Source: Spirogloea muscicola (Eukaryota). From it: a DNA stretch of 49,629 bases. Numbering within the stretch: the stretch's first letter is position 1; every line of letters begins with the position of its first letter. This document shows, one piece after another, positions 13,310-25,379 of this stretch. The stretch is from positions 442,149 to 491,777 of the forward strand of contig WELB01000018.1 of the NCBI GenBank assembly GCA_009602725.1, written 5' to 3'. Under the pieces are notes generated by a model, which was not told where the DNA came from, made no database searches, and saw only the letters and a list, made by a program, of their open reading frames with translations. A program made the position numbers and the translations under genes.

Positions 13310-13495
13310 AATGCAGCTGGCTCGTGGGCTCAGGTATACAGGAAGAGATTGTCAGTGTCCCTCCAGCGGTCCATGGCCCATGCTCTACATCTGCGTGCTG
13401 GCCGTGCTCTCGCTGCGGCCTCTGGCTTTCGGCAGGGGGATAGTTTTCCGGCAGCTAGTCTGTCGGATCTGCGGCTCCTCACTCGTACCTACTGA
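13310..13495 (+). mobile_element. Probable 3' fragment of a non-LTR retrotransposon ORF (RLE-type, CRE/SLACS-like), diverged copy
   Basis: Translates to YRKRLSVSLQRSMAHALHLRAGRALAAASG..LSDLRLLTRTY*, homologous to the copy at 36960-37184(-). It resembles the RxRLSxxLQR C-terminus of restriction-like-endonuclease LINEs. Confidence 0.5.
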
Positions 13496-13569
13496 GTGAT
13501 TCATCCTCCCCCTGTGCTGACATGACATCTTCAGGCCCCTCTGTAGCTGCTAAACGCTTGTCGGCCCCT

Positions 13570-13790
13570 CCGAGCCCTTGTCAATTCTTTTTGGGCTGGC
13601 TTATCACAGCCCTTGCCCCCATTTGGAGTGCCACTTCTTCTTATCCTTTTGGCCTGAACAATGCTCTGGATTTGGCCACCCTTTTGATTTATGCGTACCG
13701 CGCGCATCTCTTCTTTATCTCTCTCTGAACAATGTATTGGCTTGAATTGGCCTCCCTTTCAATTCATGCGCCCCGCGCGCCTTCTCTCTC
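13570..13790 (+). repeat. Composite dispersed repeat: GGCTG-N8-CAGCC module plus two ATTGG/CGCGCG modules
   Basis: 13576-13640 matches 37915-37980(+) and 36260-36325(-). 13725-13790 matches 37796-37856(+), 47135-47182(+), 47770-47840(-) and 9618-9690(-). Confidence 0.8.
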
Positions 13791-14221
13791 TCTCACTGCG
13801 TGGTGAGCGCCTTTCGCTCTCGCCGTCTCGTCCCCATCCAGCCGGGCCGTTGGACTGGCCCCATCAGTGGTGGCTCTGACGGCCTCGCGCACGGGGCGAC
13901 GAGTAGCCGGCCGCTTCGCCGCCGGGCCCAGCCCACTTGGCGCGCCGCCGTCGTCTCGGGGAGACTGCCCCAGTGGGAGACTCCACCGTCTCGCCCTCGC
14001 TCCCGCCTGGCTCCGCTACCCCTGCGCCCAGGCCGAGATCCTTAAACCCAGAGTCTTGCCCACACGCCACCACGCCCGCAGCAGCCGCCGCCGCCGCCAC
14101 AGGCCGACGCCAATGGCGCTGTGTCGCCGAGCTCCAGCGAGCAGATAGACGGGATCTCGCAGGTCCGACTTGCGCCAGCCGCAACCCCCACGGCAAAGGC
14201 TCAACCGGGAGAGCAGCGGCA

Positions 14222-17025
14222 ATGCCTGCTCCCCCGGGCCTCTGTGCGCAGTGCGGGGGCCTGTGGCGCGGCGGCCCTGCCATGGCGGCCGTGCGCCTCC
14301 GCGTAAGACAGCCTCCTATCCCGGCGTCCGAGCTCGCCGCGGCCTCCGCGGGAACGGCAAGCGCACGGGCTCTCCCCACAGCTTCGCGCGAGGCACCGAC
14401 AGGCCGGCAGCAGAGAGCCGCGCGGCGGGACCGCCCAGGTGGCGCCGCGACGACGGGGGACACCATCGATCTCCGGCTGCTCGACCTGGGCGGCAGCCGC
14501 CGCCACACTCCAGCGGACGCGCCGCCAGTGGCAGCCGAAGATGACCACAGTGGGCCAGCGAGAGGGGGGAGGCGGGATGCGGCCGACGGTGGACTTGACG
14601 ACGGGCTGCCGGTGGAGGACAGAGACGGCATGCCTTGCAGCGCCGTTGAGCTCGAAGATGAGTCAGTGATGGCCGACGGCCGAACGAACTCAGGGATGGG
14701 CGAACGGCCGATAGAGGCTTCTGCTTTGCTGCCACATGCTGGAGGCCGTGAGGGCGTCGACAATGGCGGCCAGCAGCGCCAGAAGAGCAAGGAAGCGCTA
14801 CCGGCAGCGGCGCTGCCCCCAGAGCTGGACGGAGTTGGTGAAGACGGGCATGCCATAGACGGAGCTGCAGTGTCACTCCTGGTCGGCCATCGAGGCCAGC
14901 CAAACGCACGCAGGGCCGTGGGTGGTGAGCCACTTGGCAGGGAAGCATCTGCTGTGCCAGCAGCAGTGCACGAAAGCCATGGTGGAGAGCCAAAGCTTGA
15001 CTGGAGCGGGCGGCTGCGGACCAAGCGGGCGGCACGTGAGCTTGCGCTGTACGTGCTGCTGCTTATATATTGACATTGCAGTGTCATCTCTTAGATCAAA
15101 AGTAAATAGTACTGATGAAATGACCTATGTTGCTTCATCTCTCTGAGTCATCGTCACAGAATGTCTTGCCCACCAGGTCCGCTCTCCCTTGTGCTTGGCC
15201 ATGCCCAGGTCTATGGTGGTTTCCGCCGCCAATTCAGACAGGGATCCCCTGCAAGTCTTAAATGCGAGGCTGGCAGCTGACAGAGGTACACACGACCCTG
15301 CGGCGCACTGTAGTCGTAACCATTTTGCTCAGGGCTTCAGACTTGGACTCGAGTGTCAAGGTCCACGATTAGAGCTTGTTCTGGGATGGTCAGGACGGCC
15401 GGCCTTGCGGCCTCTGGCTGCGTCTGTGGCGTTCGTTCGTTACATCCCAGGGAGAGGGACACGGGAGAGCGACCGCGGGGCGGCTGCCCGCTGCCGTCCT
15501 GGCGTCGGGCTGCCGTTGCGCTGCTCTCCCACCGGCCTCTCGTTGCCAAGCGGCATCTTGCGTGGTTGCCGCATGGCTCCATTGGGGCCGCACATTCATC
15601 TCCCTGCCTGAGCGCAGTCGTGACTGCTGTGCTCCATGACTAGGGAGAATCTCGATATGAAGTAGTGCCACTCCAATCCGACTTGCAGCTGTGCTTGTCT
15701 CGGCGCTTGTCCTCCTTCCTCCTCACTGTGCACCCTTAGCCTGACTTGCATTTGCATCCCTGGGCCGGGGAATGCCAAGCTCCTGCCTCAATTGGTTGAT
15801 GAGGGGAGTGACCCGTTCAGAAGGGTGTCGGTTGTGTTGCAGCCCAAATGTAACACAGACTTAGGGGAGCACTTATACTTACGTGCCTCTCTCCTCTGGT
15901 TTTGCCCAGGCACTCTCGACCGGAGAGCATGCAGGGATCTCGTGGTGCAACCTGTTGTCGTCAAGACGGGGAGCACAAGCTCCAAGCACAAGTTGCATAC
16001 TGATGGACATCTCATGCAGACTCCTGCAGGTATGATGTAGCTTGACAATCTCTGTGTCCACTCTATTGTGCCCTCTCTGAGTCTTTGTTGGACCTAGCAG
16101 CATTCCTGATGTTGCTCGACATCGTCCAGGATGGTCCATGGAGCTAGCGGAGCTGGCTGTGCCCCTCACTGCAGTCTTCAACGACTTCGTGCTGAGGTAC
16201 TCTGCCAGACCTGCATTCACACAGTGGACGCTGGTCTCCCTATCTGCGGCTACTCAGGTCGATACTCCTCACTGATGCTTGTGTTTGCCACTCAGCTTCT
16301 GCGGCTCACTTGTGGAGGCAGCGGCAGTCAAATGGTCAGCACATGCCAGCATCATCAACCAGCTTGTGCCGCACCGATGGAAGGTATGTCTCAATGGCTG
16401 CCCACCTTGCAATCTTCTGCTCTAGTAGCTACAAGGCCGTCCAAGTCGAAGATGAAGCCTCTATAGTCTTCTGGTGATGATATGCACGTCATTGTGCCCC
16501 GGCAGGGGGCAGAGGTGGACGCACTGCTGCCAAGGTGCATCCTCCACCTAGCCCTGGCCGAGCTGGAGGGTCTCCCGACTCCTTATCGGGTGGTCATGAG
16601 CGAGGTATGCAGTTGGTGCTTAAGGACCCCAATGTCTCTCCCATTTACTTACCAAGTCAGTCATGTGCCTCTGCCTCTTGAGGCTGTTGAGTAGCATGAC
16701 AGCAATGTGCCTCTTGCTGCAATCAAATGTACAGGCCGTGGAGCTGTCAAAGCTGTACTGCGATCCGGCTGCTGCGAGGGTGGTCAATGGCTGCTTGGGC
16801 CGGTACATCCGGGTACGCGGAGAGCCTTGGCAGCGAGCTACGTCGGAGCAAAGAGCGGAAGTGGAGACATCTGGTGAAGATATCGACAAGGAGAGCGACA
16901 ACATGCCCCAGAAAGGCAATGGCGGCATGGAGTCGCTGGAGTGGCTTCTCCCAGCGGCGTTAGGGGCCGAGACCGATGTTCCATCGCCTGCTGCCACCTT
17001 CGGCAGCTGGTGGGAGGAGTACTAG
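14222..17025 (+). CDS. Plant-type (plastid) antitermination NusB-domain protein, At4g26370-like, with a long N-terminal extension
   Basis: KLDWSGRLRTKRAARELAL | SMVVSAANSDRDPLQVLNARL | .. | FCGSLVEAAAVKWSAHASIINQLVPHRWK | ..CILHLALAEL..YRVVMSE | AVELSKLYCDPAAARVVNGCLGRY. These are the NusB motifs RxARELAL and EAVELxK..NGxL. The start codon is inferred. Confidence 0.88.
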
Positions 17026-17289
17026 GCGGGCAAGATGCCCGACAGTCACGGCTCTCGATTCCACCTCCGTGTCACAGTCACCCTGCGAAGCAAACTAGCC
17101 TTGATTGAGTGCATGATTCCGAGCGCCTGGCTCACAGCAGCGCCCATGGACGGCTTCAGCAGCGCGGCGACGTGAAAGGCTGCGCTCAAGCGCCGCAGTT
17201 GCCGCGGGTGGGGGGAGGCAGCCCCTTGTTCACAGCCATCGCTTCCTTTGGCGCTGCATGGCCTCTCAAGCTGACCACCGGCTCCGCGA

Positions 17290-17520
17290 GCAGGGTGCAG
17301 CACTGCCTGGAGGCTCCGTGCCTCTGGGTCTTGTATCTTGCTACTGTAGGCGTTATCTCCATGTCCCGCCAGTGGTCCCAAATTGCTAGCCTTGCACCCC
17401 CGTGCTGGTCGCGCGCTGATGCAGCCTGTCTTGAACAGCGGGGTTCCTCTCCGCTCTGCAGCTCATCTGACTTCTTTCTGCTGACACGGGGTTATAGAGA
17501 GGGCCCAGTTGCCTAGCTGC
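17290..17520 (+). mobile_element. Degenerate copy of the same probable retrotransposon 3' fragment
   Basis: Reverse-complement homolog of 36945-37170, e.g. cagctcatctgacttc..ctgctgacacgggg..gagggc..gcctagc; encodes SSSDFFLLTRGY. Confidence 0.6.
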
Positions 17521-18194
17521 GGCTCTGCGCAGTACACGTGACAGCAGAGACAGCACTTGCAATGAAAGGCGATGGCTGTGAGAGGCCAGCCAAACAGGAA
17601 TGGACAAGGTCCGAGAAGGCGGGCAGCGAGACTAATCTTCTGCGATTTGTGTGAATGAACGCTCGATGGTTTCTGGTCCACAGATGCATAAATGCTCGGA
17701 GTAACTAGGAGGCTGTATGGTGTCATTGCGTGCCAAAGTTCGTTACTTATGCACTAGGCTGGCTTCACAGCTGCCACTTGTATGAGCAGCCCCTTGTTCT
17801 GTCTGTGGCAGTGCTTCCCCACCCTGACCTCGTCCACACTCGGGGCTAGCCTCGTCTCACACTACTGGAAGAGGCAATCGTCTTTCACAGCCCTCGCTCT
17901 ATCGCCCGCTGTTCTTCCCCCGTGGCTTCTGCCTGAACTGTGCATTGGGCTTGCTCTTGGCCATCCCGCTCGTCTCATGCGCGCCGCGCCCGCTCACTTC
18001 CCCAACACTGATGACCCCTGCGTCACGCCACCAAATCTTAAACCCTCAAAACACTTACCCGCTGTGGCTGCGCAGGAAGACTCTTCGCAGGGAAAGACTC
18101 TTCCAGCCTGCTCTCCCTGGTAGTCTCTCTCTGCCTGGTAATCCCGATTTAATTCTTCTACATTTCTCCTGCAAACTAGGCCTGCTTGCGTCCA

Positions 18195-18230
<36 letters not shown>

Positions 18231-18292
18231 CGCCTCGGAGCCTGGCTTGCCGATCACCCGCGCGCGGCGCAGCGGCGGGCCTCGCACCGGGN

Positions 18293-21004
18293 CACGCCGC
18301 CTAAGGGCGCGCGCTGCGCCCGGCCCGCTTCGAGGCTCGTCGCCCTCCTCCGCCGGAAGCCATCGGAGCCCTGCAGAGGTGAATGCCGCCTCCGAGACGA
18401 AGGCCGCCGCCGTTCGCTGTGGGCCGCCCTGCCGTTTAGTAAATCTGGTTGTAGCCGTCGCCACCGCTGTCGCTCGTACCTCTGCTGCTGCTGCCTGTGG
18501 TCATCCAGCGGGAGCCCCAAAACTGCCAAGGGTTGCGCGCTTGTCAGGTCCATGAGGCTCCCCGGAGACGGCCAGTGGCCGCCGTCGAGGCCGCCGTGGC
18601 GGCTCCTCAGAGGTACGCCGCTTTTCGTCGCGTTTTTGGCAAGCATTCTACTGATTTGCTTTGATGTTAGTCACTTAGTGTACTTTACTTCTGAGTGGTA
18701 GCTTCAGGCCGTCATCTGCTGGTATCGCTACTGCAGCGATGAGGCGGACAGCGTGACGCCGCTGGCGAGCATCGACTGGGATCACATTGAGTTTGGTCTG
18801 ATCGCCACGGACGCCATGTTCTCGATGACGTGCGAGCGCGGCGGCGAGTGGCAGCCCGGCCGGCTACTGCCCTTTGGCAACCTGGAGCTCAGCCCGTCCG
18901 CCGGCGTGCTCAATTATGGTCAGGTGTGGCAGCTGCTCGAGACTGGCGGCTCTTTTCTCCTCCTTACACCCTCTCAACTTCCTGCAGCTGCCGCTGGCCT
19001 TCTTCTGTCCAATGAGCCATAATAGTAGTGGCAATACAAGCAATCATCCTTTCTCTGTCTGGCTGCAGGGCGTCTTTGAGGGTCTCAAGGCGTACCGCAC
19101 GGCCGATGGGCGATTGCTCACTTTCCGGCCCGACCAGAACGCGGAGCGCATGATCGCAAGTGCCGACCGCATGAGCATGCCTGCCCCGTCCGTGGACGCC
19201 TTTGTGGAGGCTGTCAGGCAAACTATTCGTGCCAACGAGCGATGGGTAGGTCAGACTAGCCCTTAACGGGCGGCCATCTCTCTCAGCTGCTACGCTCAAC
19301 TGCTTGATCGTAGTGCTAGCTTGCGTTTCTGAGGAGGCTGGTGACAAGCAGACCAACCTGACTACTTAACCGATTGCCCGACCAACTGATGTCGCTGGGG
19401 AAGCGGTGCAGATACCGCCGCCGGGCAAGGGCTCACTGTATGTGCGGCCGCTGTTGATTGGGAGTGGTCCCATTTTGGGCCTCGGACCCGCGCCCGAGTA
19501 CACCTTCCTCGTGTACTGCTCCCCTGTAGGCAATTACTTTCGGGTGAGCCTCAGTCGTCAATGCCGTGGAGCTCAGCCCCTAGTGCTCTTCTCACTAGCC
19601 TCTTCCCCTAAGCACATTGGCTGGAAGTAGTGAGGCTGCTGCTCCTGTTGCTGTTGTGGATGTGTCATCGTTTCTTTGGGTGCTGAGGCAGTCTGTGTGT
19701 GGATGCCATCATAGGGTGGGAGCCTGACACCCATCGACCTCAAGGTGGAGGAGACATACCACCGGGCCGCGCCCGGCGGCACCGGCGCCGCCAAGACTAT
19801 CGGCAATTACGCTCCAGTTGAGTCGTTCTTAGCTTGAGCGTGGTGCTGTGACCCAAGTGGCAGCCCTCATCGAAGCAGAGCAAGTTTTGCATGAGGTCAG
19901 ACTGGACTGAGACAGTTGCTGGTCATTCTGCCAGGTCCTGAAGACCCAGCTGGAGGCCAAGGCCAAGGGCTTTTCAGATGTGGTCTACCTGGATGTCGTG
20001 GAGAATAGGTACATTGAGGAGGTCTCTTCTTGCAACATCTTCGTTGTGAAGGTACCACCAAGTCAGTCTGATCTATATGTGATGAGGATTACCACTTTAG
20101 TACTCGTAGAAAATTGTTAGGACCAGAGTCCATTGTAGGACTACCTTGAAAGCTTCCAAGTAGCTAGAGTGACCGTACATTACCCCGACAGTGTTAACCA
20201 CCGTGCACAAAGGGTGTGAGGGTTCAGGTTCTACAGTAGGACCAATGTGAGAGTCCTCAGTCATGCAGAGTGGCCTTACGTCACTGCCAGTGGCAAGCCT
20301 CAAGGATGGAAGAAGCTCCATAACACCAGTTTGACATCTGGCAGGACGGGGAGGTTGCCACGCCTGACCTAGTGAAAGGCACGATTCTGCCTGGCATCAC
20401 AAGGAAAAGCATTCTGGAGCTCGCCAGCAGCCGCGGCTACAAGGTGCACACTGGCAAGCTGGCCAGTGTTGACCTGCCACCAGCTGCATTCATAGGACCT
20501 TCCAATTCCCTGCTTGATTGAGAGTCATAAAGTGACACTACCTTTGGACATTCAGTAGTGCGCAGTACCCTGACTAAGTCATTTGGATTGTGAACATGCA
20601 ACAGGTTGCTGAGAAGCCGATAGCGGTTGACGAGCTGCTGGCGGCTGATGAGGTCTTTTGCACGGGCACTGCTGTGGTTGTATCCCCTGTTGGCAGCGTC
20701 AGCTTTAAAGACGATGTGTAAGTGACACAAGTCAAGGGCTCAAAAGCAATGCTCAGGTTTCGTCTTTGACTATGTAGCCTCCTTGTATATAAGCACATAA
20801 TGAGTATTTTACAAAGTGCAGATTAGAATATTACCTGCTCATAATGTGTGGCAGCTGCTGACTCGCTTGGAATACATGTTTCTTGGCAGTGTGCATTATG
20901 GTGGTGGAGGTGTTGGTCCTGTCTCCCAAGAGCTCTACACGGCGCTCACGGACTTGCAGCTTGGCAAGTCCCAGGACCATATGGGTTGGGTTGTGGAAGT
21001 GTAA
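18293..21004 (+). CDS. BCAT: Branched-chain amino acid aminotransferase, probably organellar; start lost at N 18292
   Basis: [77 protein letters not shown] (PLP lysine), [43 protein letters not shown]. Confidence 0.96.
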
Positions 21005-21965
21005 AAGTGGGTTGAACATGCTTGCAAGTATTCTGTGCAAAGCAGCGCTGCTTCCCTTGGTAGCATTGTCGCCGACTAGTCCTTCTTGTTATGGATGGGG
21101 TCAGTGGGGCCGCTTTCCCCTTAGATTCTTCTTGAGAGGCGCACCATCAAATATTCGGGCTGCAGTCAAAGGCTGCACATTTGGGCACAATTCCTCTGGC
21201 AGACATACTACAAGCGAGGGGCCTGCCGCTTTTGGGTCTCCACATACAGCTGTTAGCAGTGCACTGCTTACCGCTTCCAGTTCAGCAGTCCTAGCTAGAG
21301 GCTTGATTTTCATATACATCAGGCACACGCGTCTGCACGTTCTTCTTGCTGCCTTGCTGCTGTGGTTCATTGCAAGCCTATAGTGGAGACCCCTGCTGAG
21401 CCTGCACACTGCTTCATGCACTGGCTTGATGCACAAGCTTGTGATTCAGTAAATGTCCTTCTAACTGACATCAGGCAGCCTCTTTGCTTTGCTGGTCTTG
21501 CAACTTGCTGTGTCAGATTGTCAAGCGATTAAAATGTTGTTTCCGTCCAACGCTGGTTATAAAAATTTTCATTGCTTATCAGAAGAGTGCCGTCTGTTCT
21601 CTTAGATGCACATTGCAGACGGACCCCGCTATGTAAGCAGCCCGGAAGGCCTCTGCAAATTCTCTTAAACATCAGCGACTTTGCTGCCTTGCACTTGGAG
21701 CAAGTTCTAGCTTCAGCCAAGGCCACCCAAGGAGCCCTGCTACTCAAGGCTGCCAAAGACCTCTTCCTGCTTCTGCTGCAAACTGTCTGCCTCTGACTGG
21801 AACGATTGGCTAATTCATAAGGAAAGGAGCACATTCAAGTAATAAACTACAAATACAAGTAAAGGCAAACCCTCAACAGAGCTGGCTCTCTTGGCTGAAG
21901 AGAAGCCTCTGCAGGTGGCCGCCCCGCGTGCCGGCTTGAGGGCAATGCCTGTTGTCGCCTCATTT

Positions 21966-24896
21966 TCATGTGACTGCAGCTTGCACCTCATGCTGAATCG
22001 CCGCCGGCCTGGATATGTCTTTCCCAAAGAGGCCTGCTATTCCCACGGCCGGATCATCCTGCTTCACCAGCGACTCCCCAACCAGGACCTGTGGGACGAG
22101 AATTATCAGCTGATGGAGCATGCTTGAGACGTCTGAGCTGAGCTGCAATAGCGACATCCCTGTGAGACGGCGGCTAGATGTACAGGTGCCAGTCTGTCTA
22201 TGTGGTAAGCCTTTGCATTGCGATCATCTTGACTTCTGCCTCTTTGGCAGAAAATGTACACACTTGCTGAGTTTCGGCTGAAAGGGGTAGCACGTACCGC
22301 TTCGCATCCAGCCTGTTGAACAGTGGCGATGTCCTCTGGAGTGAAGAGGCCAGACTCCCCAACGACCTGTGAGGGATGTGGAGCTCGCAAGTATCAAACC
22401 AAAGATGGCCAGCAGTCGCTCGTTGTGGATGACCATATCAGTCAATATGGAAACTCTTCGAGGAAGACCTGACAGGTCTAGCCACATTCAAATGTCAATG
22501 TGAAGCTGCTGCAAGCTGTTGGACTGAGTGCTCACAAGGATGCCTCTGTCTCGTATTTTCTTGCCACGATCACCACTGAGGAGATTTACTGTGTTGCCAA
22601 TGTCCACCTTGAAGGTACCTGCATACATTGCAGTAAGGGTATTCAGATGTGAGATAGACATCTAGAGAACCAGATAAAGTCGGTAGGATTGTCATCCTTT
22701 CTCATATCACTACGTCACGTCACAACATTGTCCAGTCTGTGCGGTAAACTGAAGATCCCTGATAGGGCCACTGAGGTAGTGCAATGTTCATTCCTGCTAT
22801 GTTGTACTTTCTGCTTCAGGATTAAAGTGCTTTAAAACTGAAAAGCTGACAACATCTTGAGTGCAAATTGCCTCACCTAGGTCTCGATTATTGATTCCAA
22901 TCATGGCCACGCTGGGAAGGCCAAGGACCCTGTCCATCTCGAGCGGCGTGTGAACCTGGATACAAGCATCACGCATGGCCAGTGGCTCAAACGAAGGACG
23001 GCAGGCGCCCTGCGCAGAGACCTGCTACTTAGCAACTGGGAAGCCAGCAAGCCACAAGCTTTGGCTCATCAGGTAGCCGCATTGTTGCCACTACATGGGC
23101 TACCTCTATGAGGGGTGTGAGGCCGAGGAACTTGCAGATCTGGCTCATGTACTTGAGATCAGCATCAGGCAGCACGGCTGCAATGAGCAGCACGGCGTCG
23201 GCGCCCTTGAGCCGTGCAAAGTGGAGCTGCCAGGCGTCGATGATGAACTCCTTGCACAGCAGAGGGCACTGCGAGAGGAGGCACCTGAGCGGGTCAGTTA
23301 CCAAAAGAAGCCACTTGGGCTCCTCGTGTTGCTCCTTGCTCTGCTACACGCTTTCCCTTGCTTCTGGCTCTGGGGCTAGACTTCAAGCTTGAGCTTATTA
23401 CCAGCAGAATCTTGTGTCTGTCTTCAGTGCAGCAGCTTCAATGTGGTGATCACAACTGGAGTAAAGCTCCACAAGAGAAAATGAATGTGTACCATACATT
23501 TCAGCCAATTTGCACTTCAAGTAGGGTTTGCCCTTAGCGTACCTGCACACCTGCTGCTCGAATCTCCTTCAGGTTCTCAAAGCTTCCCTGCCAGCCGCCA
23601 TATCCACCAACTAACATGCAACCTCAGGTGTGACGCACTTCACCTTCTCTAAGATGACATTGCAGGAGAGCTGACAACAGACTGCGTAGAAGCTCTGAGC
23701 GTGACGAAGAGCCTCGTATATGCCAACGATGCAAATGGGTTGGACCCAGAGCTGGACCCAAAGTTTGCTGGCTACCATGGTGAGGGGTTGAGGAGGCCAG
23801 ACCGACCTGGAAGTACTTGGAGTCTGTGAGGACGCTCAGGCATGCCGCACCTCCTCTCTCGTATGCTTTTGCTATCTTCACCTGAAGTCATTGGGCAAGG
23901 ACAACAGCGAGGACGCCTAAGTCAGGAGCTTCGTCTGTTGATGGTGCCAAAGGCAACACTAGAGAGGACTCCACGCTGGAGATCTGACATGAAGGACCTT
24001 AGCTTACCGTGGGCACTGTTCTTCCAGCAAGTAAGCGAAGCAATGCGGAACTTGGAGACAAAGGAGCTCACGTGATCAAAGTTGGGCTGAATGACGCCCC
24101 GACTGGGCGATGCCTTCTTGACCTCTGCGATGAGGCCCGGCACGCCCGTCTCCGCGGCGCGCGAGCGCAACGCGCCCACAAAGTCGCGCGTCGGCGGCAG
24201 GCCGTCCATCCCCCGCAGCAGCGTGCTCAGCGGCATCTTCTCCTTCATTGCGTCCACCTCCTTGTCCTGCGGCAGGCCAATAGTGCCCGCGGGCATTTCA
24301 GCTAGGCAAGCCACGCAAACACCGGGTCAGGAAGTAAAGACTGTGTCACGAGTCATTGCTGTCGCAGGTTGCTGGCGAATCTCCAGCGCTTCTGGGCCGG
24401 CGTGCCAGCTGAGCTCCTGCCGCCCACACTAGCCGAGCGCTGCCTGACTGCTGGCAGAGAAGGCTCGTGGCACAGGGCGATCCCCGATCACCCCCAGCCG
24501 CGGCATTCAGGACGGTGGAACCGCCACAGTGAGCGCATTGCTGCGGCTTTCGGGGCGCAGCGGCCGCTGCCCGGCTCGTGCCACCAGTCCGACACCACAC
24601 TTGGGGCCGCATTCGAGCCGCCTTGCTGTGCCGTCGACGCTCACTTGCTGGACCTGCTTGTTGCGGGGTCCGCTGTAGTGCAGGGGGGCTGGAGGGCAGT
24701 GCCATGCCAGGCGGTCCACGGGCGCCATGGCGGTCGTCTGCGGACCTTGTTCCAGACGATCTCCTCCAGGATGTTGCGCGGCAGGTTGTCCTCGCCGTCG
24801 ATGCGGAACTGGAAGGGCCCGACCATGTGCGACGGCGGGCCCGCCGGCGGCCGCCGCCGCACCGCCACGCCGCGCGCCGCCATGGCCGCGTCGGAG
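21966..24896 (-). CDS. IGPS: Indole-3-glycerol phosphate synthase (plastid, TrpC); 5' end in the assembly gap
   Basis: [111 protein letters not shown]. Confidence 0.96.

Positions 24897-25379
<483 letters not shown>

Noticed and set aside
13864..15087. 407-aa minus-strand ORF
   Set aside because: Antisense shadow of the GC-rich first exon of the NusB-like gene.
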